From NCBI GenBank assembly GCA_002633005.1, contig NMRA01000393.1, positions 234,034-298,033 of the forward strand: DNA of 64,000 bases, written 5' to 3'. Under the pieces are notes generated by a model that had not been told where the DNA came from, did not search any database, and saw only the letters and a list, made by a program, of their open reading frames with translations. The stretch is from Phoronis australis (taxonomy: Eukaryota; Animalia; Phoronida). Within the stretch, counting starts at the first letter, position 1; each line of letters begins with the position of its first letter. Both the position numbers and the translations under genes were made by a program. Positions 26,240 to 39,104 of this stretch are shown here, piece by piece.

Positions 26240-28600
26240 AATTGAGAGTGCTCGCAGGAGCGACACTTGGCGAAACTACGCGAAAACTGGACGATGGGGA
26301 GGACGACTACGATCACGACGATGAAGGCGGAGATTATGAACAACATGATAACATTCATGTGACTAGCGAACAAATCAGTAAAAAATAACCTGCAGTCTTG
26401 TTCTCGCACTTGGTTTCTCGGATGGCAGACGAGAGGTTGATGGCAAATGCCAGCCACCGGTTTGCATCAAAAGTAGGTAAAAACTTGGCTTTTCTCATTC
26501 AAAAACACAAATAAATCAGTTTCCTGGCATCTGTTTACAACAGATTCCTCGAACAATGAGCCAAACCTGACATATGCCCAGTATATGAATTTTAGGCACT
26601 ACAAAATGCCCCGTGAACGCGGCCTAACTGTCACTAGAAAATGCCCCGTGGCCGTGGCCGACAATAGGCGAAATGAACAACAATGATTGTGATGATGAAG
26701 GTGGCGATTATGAGCAACACTATAACACTCATGTGACTACAGAAGATGTGAGAAATCAGTAAATAGGCTACAGTCTTGAGCGACACTTGGCGAACAGCAA
26801 AATCGGTCAACAAAGGAACAGCATTTTCAGAAACTCTAATAATTCAAAAAGTAGACGTCCTACAGACAAATTGAAAATCTCTTCTGAAAGTTCGTTCAAA
26901 ACTCTATGTAACCTGGCAGTTTCGCAACATTCCAGGAATTTTTGGAAAAATTGAAATTTTGGGGTTTTTTTTGAAATTCAAAATCAAATTCCTCGAAAAC
27001 GGTAAGTCTGAGAAAAATGTTATCGCAGAACTTTTAAAAGAGCATACTTCCAGGAATCCACATGCAAAATTCACGTCATTTGCTCTTCCCGTTCAAAATG
27101 CGACAGCAGAACGATCGAAAATGGGTGAAAATGCGCCAGGCCGCTATCTTGAAAGTGACTTCCGGTTTAACAAAATTTTATAAAAGCTGATCAAAAGCTA
27201 CAAACACGTGACCAGTTTGAAAATGATTGGTTCGCCAATGCGCCTTTTACAGGAGAAAATGTTTTCGGCCAGTTATCGAGGTGCGCATGCGCTATTGCCG
27301 ATATTTCCGCCATCTTTGACCAAAAGCTAAAGATTTACGGAGCCGTTGTAGTGCTTGTCTGCTATAATAATAGTACCAATTTTCAGCCCTGCACGTTGAA
27401 ACATGCAGCCTCTATGAGCTATGTCTTCATGGTCTTGTTCAACAGACGCTAAACCAACATCAGTGCAGCAACAGCTGTCAACAAAGGAACAGCGCTATCA
27501 GAAAATCTCGAATAATTCAAAAAGTAGACGTTGTAGCGAAAAATGGAAAATATCTTGTGGAAGCCCGTCAAAAACTCTATCTAAATTGATAGTTTCGCAA
27601 CATTCCATAAATTTTTCAAAAAAATTGAAATTTTCGTTTTTTTTTTGAAATTCAAAGTCAAATAACTCGAAAACAGAAAGTCTGAGAAACACGTTATCAC
27701 AGAACTTTTGAAATAGCATACCATAACGTAGAATTGTCGTGAGGGCTTGACAGGGACCTCAGGGGTCTCACACTCCATTGATTTATCCACATTATTTTGA
27801 AAACGCTTTGCCCAGTCAAACATTGTGTGTCATAAAAGTGATAAGCACATCAGCAGCTGACGCAGCAAGTAGAACTACTCTCGTTTATCACATTGGTGTA
27901 GACTCACAGTTGAACTGTGGTTTTCTGTTGACCTCAGACCGTCTGGAGTTGCACCATATACCAACTCCGGACGGTCTCTCACGACAATTTAGTGTTATGT
28001 TCAAGGAATCCACATGCAAAAATTCATGTCATTTGCTCTTCCTGTTAAAAATATGACAGCAGAACGATTGAAAATGGGTGAAAATGCGCCAGAGCCGCCA
28101 TCTTGAAAGTGACTTCTGGTTAAACAAATTTTTTTAAAATTTAAAAGCTGATGAATAGCAACAAATATGTAAACAATTTGAAAGTGATTGGTTCGCCAAT
28201 GCGCCCTCCACAAGAGAAAACGTTTTTGGCCAGATATCGAGGTGCACATGCGCCATTGTCAAAATTTCCGCCACCTTGACTGGAAGTCAACGTTTTTCAG
28301 CACAGTTGTACTACATGTGTTCTATAATAATCGTACTAAGTTTCAGTCTTGTACGTCAAAAATTGCGGCCTCTATGAGCATTTGAATCTGAAACCGGAAA
28401 CAAAATGGCCGCCACATCTGCCATTTTGAATTCGATCATGACCAAAAACTATAGGCTTCCAGGACTTTCTGATCTACACGTAGTGTGCAAAATTTGTGCG
28501 GATCGGACAAAAGTTGCGACCTGTAGAGTGCAAACATAAAACAAAAAATTTGATGGCAGAGCAACATACTTGTCGGAATTCGGAGAATTCCGCCAAGTAA
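26240..28600 (-). mobile_element. Second Helentron-like non-autonomous family with two ~670-bp internal tandem units
   Basis: Terminal agagtgctcgcaggagcgacac stem-loop followed by the subTIR acttggcgaa (26265; repeated at 26785). The opposite end has the hairpin acttgtcggaattc-gga-gaattccgccaagt (28569-28598) containing the complementary subTIR. Units 26805-27420 and 27478-28380 are colinear. Confidence 0.65.
27722..27999. mobile_element. 278-bp TIR MITE inserted into the second core unit
   Basis: TIRs cataacgtagaattgtcgtgag / ctcacgacaatttagtgttatg. The element is absent from the homologous position of unit 1 (agcatac|ttccagg at ~27041-27054). Confidence 0.85.
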
Positions 28601-29927
28601 CTAGATTGACAAAATGCATGTACCGGGTAGTACCATTCAAACTTTCATGCAGATAATGCCTAGTCAGTCAGCTAACATTAGTATCTACAACCATCTATTA
28701 AATAGTCATTTTCGGACACAGCCACAGCTGTGACATGCTAAAATTTGTTGTGTGCTGTGCTTTATCTGGTGTCAGATAGACTATAATATGTGCAACCCCC
28801 CCCCCCCACAATGTCATCAATGGAGATATTAAGCAATAACAGTTTGTTTTAACTCTTTGCTACCACCATGATGTCATTAAACCACTATTGTTGACAATGC
28901 GATAATCAAGTGATTCCTAAAAAATGTCTGTCACTAAAACGAGCTTAGGTTTTGTCTTCATTACTCTATCTATCTTATGACTAGCCACAATTTGAAAATG
29001 TGACATACAAGTCATTTTTATAGCATTGCAACACTTAAACACTCGTAGTCCTATGTTGAATTTTTCCCATTATGTACTAGAATCTTGTATCAACCCAGGA
29101 ATCTTTACCGTTTACTGCTCTGATAGGCAGTAAGTCATGCTAAGGCTACACATAATTCTTACCTTAAACTTTAATAATCAAATATCAGTGCGAATACTGA
29201 AAGTGTATACTTTAGCACTCAAAAGTGTTGTTTCAATTCTGATGAAACACCTTGACTAAAAACTCAGAATACACGCTTAAGACTTAGGTGTCAATATCAA
29301 ACAAGACTGCAGAGGAGATACAAAATTGACAACAAGACAAACTGTTAATATGCTAACAAGTGAAGAGCATTTAGAGACTCAGACACAGACAGGTACTTAT
29401 TTCAATAACAATATGTGACCAGGGCAAGAAAACCAAAGTATAATCTCCCTGTCAAATGTGTACTCACACAATAACTACTCTCATCTGTGTAGACTGTTCA
29501 CCTGGCTTGCCTGAATATATCTTATGTGCTATAAGTCATACTTGGTGTCGAATGCAATGCACAAGCACACCGAGGAAGCCACGATATGTAGTAGCAGTTT
29601 GTATGATGATATTAAGCCCAACAATCTAGAAAGATGGTCAGCATTATTTAATCATTTGCACACTATTGATCTCTTGATGTAAAAATAGCTATTCATCAAG
29701 CAAAAATAATCCCCCAAGAATGATTACAGTGACAGATATGATGATATGATAGTGCTAAAAACACAAAGTATTTGTACATGTATTTTGGTACCAATCCAAA
29801 ACTATTTGTTTTATACCGTATTGCAAAAAAATATCCAAAATCACCTGGCATTTCCCTTATTACCTGGCCTTCATCTAAGTGATCAATTACAAGAAGGAGC
29901 AATAGTGACTGGCCAAATACCACACAC

Positions 29928-30800
29928 AAGTAAGGTGTACACCTAACTAGTTGGCTGACATCCATGTAAGATGTACACCTAACTAGTTTTCGGACATCCA
30001 AGTAAGGCGTACACCTAACTAGTTGGTTGTGCTAATACTACTGCTGACTGCTTTATAGTGCTAATAAACTACTGCTGACTGCTTCATAGTGCTAACTTTA
30101 TTTTTTCATTTGTGCTTCTGTTTTCGGAGTTCCTTGACAAATTGTCATGATACCTGGCAAATAGATTGCTATCAGGAAAATGGCAAGGGCCTCAGTTCAA
30201 TGTATTCTTCCACACGCATTGACCATGTTTATGTTACACATGAACAACTCGGTTCACCCAACTAAGGTGTACACCTTCCATGGATGTCAACCAACTAGCT
30301 AGGTGTACACCTTACTTGCTTGACACCCAACAAAATTTGCAGCAAAACACACTGTCAACCAACCATACATCTCCGACTTGGATTTCAACAAGCCAGTTGG
30401 ACAGCACACCATCGGGTGTTAAGGACTGAGTACTCCAAAAGAGTAGGTGGAGCTGATTAATTGGCTGCAAACTCAGAAGCAATAGTAACTCCACCAGCGG
30501 TACTGTTGGACAAAATGATCTAAGAGACAGATGGGGAATTGGTTGCTTATCTTAAAACCAATAGCTGCCCCACCTGGTGGTGGAAGCAAAATGGGTGTAC
30601 ACTGGGAGTGCCTTTTTGGTTGTCAACTAATCACTAAGTGCTCCACCAGATAAGGAATCAGAGACAGAGAGTGAGTTGACTGATCCAGAGGGTGTTGAAA
30701 TGTAAGTGAAGTTGGTTGAGTGACACATTATTAAGTCTCTCTTATCACACTTTGATAACTCAATGTGTACACCTGAGTTGGTTGACATCCATGTCAGATT
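29928..30800. repeat. Cluster of ~37-bp repeats in direct and inverted orientation (probable MITE relic)
   Basis: aaggtgtacacctaactagttggctgacatccatgt x3 at 29930-30030, inverted copies at 30258-30320 and another copy near 30765. Confidence 0.6.
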
Positions 30801-31883
30801 TTGACATGTATGGATATTCAGTGAGGGTCAGATAAAAAACAAAATTGCCACCCGAGCATGTCACATGTGTTCCGACCCATCAAAACAATGTTAGCTACGA
30901 TCTCTTTAATGCAAAAACATCTGCAAAATCTCATGACAGTCCTGCTGGCTATGGTATTTAGCCCATAGAGACAGATGGCAAAGTGGCAGATACAGAGACA
31001 AAGTTAACGTAAAACTAAAATAGAACTAGCACACCAGTATTCAGATATGTCTGTCGGTCATCTTTCGTCCGCTTCACAGAAACACACCGGCCAAATTTCA
31101 TAAATATCCATGGGCAGCGCACCACTAAAAAAGTGGGGGCTAAAGCCCCCTCGGCCCCCTGTGGTGCATCGCCTATAGACCATGTGCGGCATAGCACTGA
31201 AAAAAGTGGGGGACTATAGCCCCCAGCCCCCTGAGGTGTGCCGACCAGGCTATCCTACAAGCAATTCAAGAGATACAGCTGTGTCCGACACCAAACACCA
31301 GACTAAAATGACAGCAATATACACACACATTTGGTTAAATTTGCATTTATTTAGAACACTCACCTCATTTCATAGCCTCAAAATTATATGGTAAAATTTA
31401 TAATACTTGGTTCCTCACTTTTTCACACACGGCTACTAATGGTGGGAATTTCTTGCCTGAACTTGATTCACACACTCTCAGTTTTGCACCTAGTTTGAAA
31501 ATGTCTATGCAAACTCCTATTGACACGTCTTTATGGTAACTATTTTGATAAGGTATGATGAACAATGGCTACATTGACCACTATCTATCCACATGGGATA
31601 TCCCATGCTTTATTGTAAATTAAAGGTGAAAGGGCCACTGACTAATAGTGACTGTCATGTAATCCAGAGACATTTTCACAAGAGAATTTCACCAACAATG
31701 AGGCAAAGTACAATAAAGAATTACCTATTTGTGGGAGTACAAAAATGTTCAATACAGGTGTGCAGGCAATTTCGGATGGTTCACTACAATTAACTTGCAT
31801 TAAGTCTAAACATAATGAAGGCTGCCTTAGACCACCAAACAGTCTTTGATGGTCATCCTCTCCAAAGACTACACCACATAAAA

Positions 31884-33155
31884 ACAAGAGCAACGTGAAG
31901 CGTTGAAATGCACCCACGAATGCACTGCAAACGGTGTGCTTCTATGGTGTATATTTGCGTCATAAAAATGGCCATTAGATAGTGCAAAATATTTCGAATC
32001 CATCAAAAAACTGGAAAATGTCTCTGTTTTTTAACAGAAAGTTATTTATCACATTTCATGAAAAACGTCAAGAAACTTTAGCAAAACGGTAAAAATGAAT
32101 TTGCCACTAGGGGACAACGGTTCATTGGATCTGTCTGAAAGTTGTCGTCTTCCATGGCCTGAACGTCATATCAATACACTCTCTAAATTTAATAAATATT
32201 CTGTAGAGGGCTTAGGAGATAAAGGTAAGGGCGCAAAAATGCCACTAGGAAGCGCCACAGTAATTGTAGCTGGAAAATCATCGTCAAACGTCCTGTACAC
32301 ACTAACAATACATAAGCCAATTTTCACAATCATCCTAATCGTGGTTAATGGTTGACAGATTGCGGACAGCAAAAACAGACTAGAAAACAGTAAAAATGGC
32401 CATTAGATGGCGCAAAATATGTCGAATCCATCTGTAACCACTTCTTTAAAAGAAAGATATTTAACAAATTTCATGAAAATTCGTCAAGGAACTTCAGAGA
32501 AACAGGAATACAGAAAAATGAAATTGCCACTAGGGGGCAGCGTTAGTCGGACTCGTCTGAAAGTCATCGTCTTCTGTTGTTAACTTCATATAAACACATT
32601 TACTACATTTAACAAAGATCTTGTAGAAAGTTTAGGAGATATGGCCATGGGCACAAAAACAAACAAAACTGCCACTAGGAGGCACCACAGAAATTGAAGT
32701 CGTCAAAAAATTATCAACCATCCTCTTCATAGTAAGAGCATACATGCCAATTTTCACAAATATCCTTAGAGCGGATCTGTTGATGGAGCGGCAAAAAATG
32801 GACTCCAAAATAGTAAAAATGGCCACTAGATAGCGCAAATGCCTCGAATCCATCCGAAAACAAGAGGATAGCGTCACCTCATTAATAGATGCCTGTGTGC
32901 CAAATTTCATGAGAATCGGTAGAGGACCTTTGAAGATAGAGAGGTAAACGTAAAAAAATAAAATTGCCAACAGGGGGCACAGTGGTATTTGGGTCGGTCC
33001 GAAACTCTTCGCCCTCTGTCGTCAACCCCATAGGAACACACCTGCCAAATTTCAATAATATCCAGCAAGGGGTTTAGGAGATACAGCCGCAGACGTCGAA
33101 TGCCCAGACAGAGATGATGGCAATATGCACCCACATATAATTATGTGGGCGCATA
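31884..33155 (-). mobile_element. Complete Helentron-like non-autonomous element, same family as 7177-8700
   Basis: acaagag-CAACG..CGTTG stem-loop plus atgcacccac subTIR on the left; gcacccacatataattatgtgggcgcat hairpin on the right; about 8 core subunits; A-rich flanks. Confidence 0.8.
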
Positions 33156-33258
33156 ATAATAAAAGTCAGAAGAGTGATTCAATCTGGTAGTTCTCGTATT
33201 AAATTAGTCAGCTCCTCACCACATCTATGCGCAAATTCCTTTTCCCTATTCTTGAACC

Positions 33259-33894
33259 TGTAACGGGGGCGGTATCTCCGACCAAGGCGCCCCGATTTTA
33301 CGAGCCCGGTGCGGACTGAGGGTGATATTGAAAACTAAAAGTTGGTGAATAATACATAGGTTTATTGTAAGAATATATAACTACAATATCTCACACTTAC
33401 AAGCAATCCAGTTGTTCCATGATTTAGTATCGCAGCGTTGTGATTTATACAGTTCTGATAAACGGGCAAGCCAGTCGCCAATTAATAGTTGTGTGTGCAA
33501 GAACGGGGCAATTTGGTTATTCAGATCCGAAAGGTGAGATGCAATCAAGCTCGGGAGGAGCCCGAGAATTGCTGGGGCTAAACTATTGGCAACCAAGTTC
33601 GGGAGGAGCCCGAAAGCTGCACAAACAGTTGTAATTTGGCGTGAGTGAAGGTGTGTTTGCTTCTTGAACTCTGCGACTGGACTCCTCGTGTCTGACAGAG
33701 ACAAAGCTTAAGTACACAATTTCAACCAAACAGACACGATCTGAAGGGCAAGGCCCATAGCTCCTAGCTTCTGACCATATTTGGCCATGTCCAAAGGACT
33801 CAACATCATAGCAAAATTTCATACGTAATACACAGCTTGACCACTAGAGGGCGCATATATCTTACATAATCATGTCCAGGGCACTCCTGTTACA
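33259..33894 (-). mobile_element. Solo LTR (636 bp) of a Gypsy-type retrotransposon
   Basis: TGTAAC...GTTACA termini, perfect 4-bp TSD AACC (33255-33258 and 33895-33898), and AATAAA on the minus strand at 33361-33366. Confidence 0.85.
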
Positions 33895-36801
33895 AACCTA
33901 ATGAATTTCTTGACTCAGGAGTTTTGGCACACTCTATGTCAGTCACTCTAGGGGAAGGGCAGGGCTTCCAGCCAGTGTGTTTTCCTGTTGCATATTTCAA
34001 GGTTTCTCGTCCGGAAAATGTACAGTGTAATGTTACCATTCATTAATTTCTTGTATTTAAGCATTAGAGCAGTTGAAATTTTCAATAAAATTTGAATAAC
34101 GTAAATAATTAGCTTCAACATTTTCCATTTACCATCCACTCAGTAATTATGCTATTCGGAGCTCATTGCACTACAGTGCGCTTCAACTTGCGTTGATTTT
34201 TTCGTTTTGTTCTTTGGAATCGTGTACCTCTATGAAAAACAACAGCAACAATGCCATAACAGAAATTTATAATTTTAACTACTACGTGTTTGATAAGCTG
34301 AAGGCCACCATGGGAAGCAGTGTGAACTGATGGGGCTACCCTCATTGTAAATATTACATTAATAATTAATAAGTGAACGTTAGTGAGACCATGTAGATCT
34401 TTACACACAGCATAAATTAGAGAGCATGTTGTACATGCAGCCTTAAGTTTGACAGAACGACTTGCTAGATTCACATTACTATAAAAACGGCCTGGACTAA
34501 GACCTTCAACATTTGAATTTTCTCCACAAGGAAGGTAGACTGAATGATTACTACCATTTAATTGCAAGAAACGTTGGCACCTTTTTTGTTTTGCATCTTC
34601 TTTCTGATATCAGCACTGCAATTACTCACATTCCAAATTGAACAGGTAAGGCACCTGGAACTAAAGGTACTTCTGAACCACAATGTCTGCAGCAATGGCA
34701 CTGTTAGACATGATGCTGATGTTATTTCTATTTAAGTCATGGAACTGGAAATATGAGATTTGAATAGTATGGAAAACCACAAAAATAAACAACCATTGCA
34801 GTAATACGATGGAGTGAGTACACCGTCAACATCGTCAAGTGTGTCAAAAAGTGGGGCATTCTGATCCTGAAGCAGGATGTAAGATGCAACTTTTAAGAGC
34901 AGGATGGCCCACCAATAACGAGGCAGAACCGAAAGCTCTGTGCTTCACTGCCAAGCAGATCAGTTTTCATCTAAATTTTTGGCAGACGGATGTTGGCTAT
35001 CAAGAAAATATTTTCGTAATCAGAAAATGATCATAGCAGTGTTCTCCACACTCTGTTTTGACTCAATTGGGGAATGCGCCGCGCCAAGTTAAAGTTGGCT
35101 GGCTAGGCACTTTTGACCTCAGAATCAAAGTTGAGTGTGATCTTGCCAACATCAACCATACTTCCAAATGCTAAGAGGCAGTTAACAATAAAAATATGAC
35201 CCAATTTTAGTAATAATAGAGTGCAAATTATTGCTCAGAAAATCTGAAGAAATTCTTTTTCTAACATAATTTGATGTGTCAGATACCTGACTTTATTGAT
35301 TGACTAGCCAGCAATATTATTTTAACATTAAAATTTTGTACTTAAACCTCTAAATTAACAATTTGATAGGCTTAATTTAAAGGATTTTAATTTTGACTGA
35401 CATCTGGTGGCGAATTAGAAATTAGCAGCTTATTCAACTGGACAACAGGTGTCACTAAAAATTAGGACACACCAGAATACATGTTAGTAGTATTTACTAA
35501 GTATAACTGATACTAGAATTGACATTTTTATTATTAAGCGAACTTATAACCTTTTGCTTGCTTTTCTGAGTCTGTCATGAATGCTTTGGAGGACTTTTGG
35601 TGATACAATGGTGGGCAGTCAAGAAGTAGGTCACACCAGTTCAGTGTACATTTTTGAAACCTATATATATACACAGTGAACATGCTACTAATATCAGGAA
35701 GAGATAACCAGGAAGGGACAACTGTTTTAGCGCATTTTAACGTGATTTCAAACGTGATTTCAAAAGTAAATGTTCAAGTTATCTGGAAGCCAAGCATTAT
35801 TTTTGAAAGATTAACTCTTTAGCTATAAAATGACACCACTTTGGTCCTCAAAGACTGCATATTACTGGCACTGGGATGCTTTGAACGTGACATGTTTACC
35901 CTTCCAAAAGATGCTTCTTCCCAGGCATGTACTCGGGCATGAGCCTCTTTTTTGAACCAACAGATGTCANACATTTTTGAAACCTATATATATATACACA
36001 GTGAACATGCTGTCATTAGGGAAAGGACAGTGCTTACTACTAATATTGAATTTATGAAATTTGCCTGGAGTTTGGGATTCTTGTTGTGGAGAACACTGCA
36101 AAGCACACTGGGTGACAAAAAGCATCTGTCATTACTGCATGCGACAACAGTAGTTTTTAGCTTGTCTATTCAACAATGACGAAAATTGTTATCATTCGTA
36201 CTTAAGAAAGGATCAGAGTGCTAGAGAGAAAAATATGCGAAAATGATCAATAATTATTGGTGGTAGTGTTATGTTATGGTGTTTGTAATCGGATGTATAT
36301 TCAAGAGAGTATATAGACAATTCATGCTGTGAATAATTTACTTACATTTCATACGAACTTATATTTCTACAGGTACGTGGGAATTTTCACCACTGCTTGT
36401 TCATTGTGACCTTCTGAGCGACTTCACGTGGATCAAAGAGAGGGCTGAGCACCAGTCATCAAACGCAGTGCTGATGCATTGTACAGTGCAAGCAAGACCC
36501 AATTAAGTGTAATTACCCGACCACATACTGTGGTAAACATCTCCACCGGTACATAATGGCGAATTTTCAAAATGCATAAACCACTAATATTCATTAAAAA
36601 TAAACATTACGATGGTATTCAACTGGAAAAAATAACATAGTATGGTTTTCCATTTTTAAATATCGAATTATTAAGCTAAAAACTACAAACATCGGTTAGG
36701 CATTGAAGATAACGACAATGCGTGTTGATATACTTGGAGGATTTACGAACACTGCTAATAATTAACAATACCACATGGTTTATTCTTTTAGTATACAACT
36801 A

Positions 36802-39085
36802 CCGTAAACATTCGGGTTAACGCCCTCAGGGCGGTTAAATTGACAAACCCAAAAAATTGGGGGTGGGCGGTTAACCAGACATGGGCGCTTAAACGAGAAA
36901 TTTCAAGAAATCCAGGGTGGGCGGTTCACCAAACAAGGGCGCTTATTACGACAGACAACCCCCCTGGGCGGTTAATCTTACCTCATGATCTAAGTCCCTA
37001 CACGACACACGTACTCGAAACGCGTGGCACTTTTCAAATACCTTTATCGTCACGTCGCCAAATGACGGTAAAAATTTCATAACAGCGGATGATCCCAACA
37101 AAGGTTGTTGCCTTCACAATAGTCATTCACGATTAAATGTAAAAAATTGCTGAGTAATAGACCCATGTCATCCTGCGGTCTTGTTAGTTTGTTAGAACTG
37201 TAGTGCGCAGATGACCAGTGACCACGCAGCGCTCCACTTGGATTGCAAGCGGTGACACTGCAAAAGTGCACGCGTGCAAGCTTCACGTGTTGCAGAGGTC
37301 ACAGCTGACATCAAGGTTGCAGTCCTGGGCTAGCTTTCAAGTTTGAGTCAGACGCAGTTTTAAAATTAAATATAATAAAGTTTGAAAACTAATCCAGGTG
37401 CTTTTTTGTGTTTGAGATGTTTATAGTCGACACTCCATGACTTTCACTTCCCGTTGTGCGAAATATGCTCGGCAAAGAAGTAAGACAAGAATCAGGGGGG
37501 GGGAGAAAAGTTCGAACCACGGCATAAATATGTGATAAACGTCACAAAACATCGATGTTTCAATTCATTCTTAAACGACCAACTTTGTGGTGGAAAATAC
37601 AATTTATTTTACATGCAAGATGTCCAGATTATATCCTATAATTTCACCTACACTATCGCACTGCGTCACTGGTCGATCCCACTGTTTGCGCGCAATGTCC
37701 CGGCAGGCAACCTTGACTTGGAAAGGCTGTCAAGTAATACAACGGCTTCTTTCAATATGCGTCTCGTTTTTAATGGCCAAAGATTAGTGGTGGGATTCAA
37801 CATGCACGTAGGGCCTATGTATGAGTAACCTGTCAATCACGTGTTGGTGTCAAGGTAACATGCACTCAGTGTGGGAACTTATGCGCGTGCACCACTACTA
37901 AGTTACACATCAAAAGAGAACAGCGACAGTCCTAAGTAAAAGGAACCGGCGTGACACTGTACTTTTAAGCTCTTGTTAGGAAAGACCCAGTGCTTTACGA
38001 TATTCCTCCATTCCAATGTCCCCCAAAACTGCGATGTCAAGTCTAGTTCCTACTTCGATATTTTCCAGCTCAATGTTCCCTAGGCCCGAGTGTGTCATGC
38101 CCGTAGCTAGCTGCGTGCACCTCCTACCAACTATCGCCAATTTTCAGTCAGTCTGCGTCGTAGACATTTCAGGCTCGAATGGTAAGAATTTTGTTCAGGC
38201 AGAAACTGGTCAATGTAGAAACAAAATTATTCTGGATGGCTAAAAAGGGAATATGGAAGCGATAATTCACACAGTCAGGCGGGGGTTGACGTAAGAAATC
38301 GTAATTACAGCGAGCAACATTAGTTAAATCTGCTAACGCCAGATTGACTGAGATGCAATAAGCGAAAAACAAAATTTGACTAGAAGTTTTTTATTACTTT
38401 AAGATGATACACCAACATACAGTAATGTATTGCCAACCTTTGAACTCAGAAATCGAGAGGCAGCAAATCGGTAACCCAGTGAGGCACACTGTCCCTTTGG
38501 TCGCCACACATCCTCGATAACTTGGCAATAACATTCATCAAAACAGGGAGAATTTGACATCTTGCCGTGAGTTATGGGAATTAATTCTTCAAAATACAAG
38601 AACTTCCCACCAACAGAGAATTTGGAGGGTTGGCAAAACCATTGTCACATTTCTCTGGCCCAATTATTTTGAAAAAAAAATTTTATCTAGCGCACTGCAG
38701 ACGGAAACTCAGCGCAGCAGACAGCTTCGCTGAAAGCGGAGGTATTGATGCCGGCGGGGTTCTAAATATACTTTGCAAACATGGGAAGAAGATAAAATGA
38801 CAAAAACGTTCAAGTATTATATTTTGATGTAAGTCCATGACCCAGGACAATAATTTGTTACTTGTATAATGTAATTGACATTGCCAAACCGCCGCCCCCG
38901 GAGGCCCACCATCGTTGCGCTCGTTGTGATCATCATCTGTATCTAAGTCGGGAATCTCCCGTTTCCTAGCACTGGGCGCTAAATCTTCAATCTTAAAAAG
39001 TCGGGGATGGGCGCTTAATTGGAAATCCACCTAAAGTACGGGGTGGGCAGTTTACTAAGCATGGGGTTAACCCGAATGTTTACGG
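36802..39085. mobile_element. 2.3-kb non-autonomous Tc1/mariner-superfamily (pogo/Tigger-like) DNA transposon
   Basis: TIRs ccgtaaacattcgggttaac / gttaacccgaatgtttacgg, TA TSD on both sides and subterminal gggcggttaa/gggcgcttaa repeats. It interrupts the repeat whose uninterrupted copy lies at 3200-3300. Confidence 0.9.
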
Positions 39086-39104
39086 TAAACTATATTACGA
39101 CAAA

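Noticed and set aside
34163-34760. 134-aa ORF and a nearby acceptor-like site
   Set aside because: No recognisable domain, and the frames downstream of the acceptor contain early stops.
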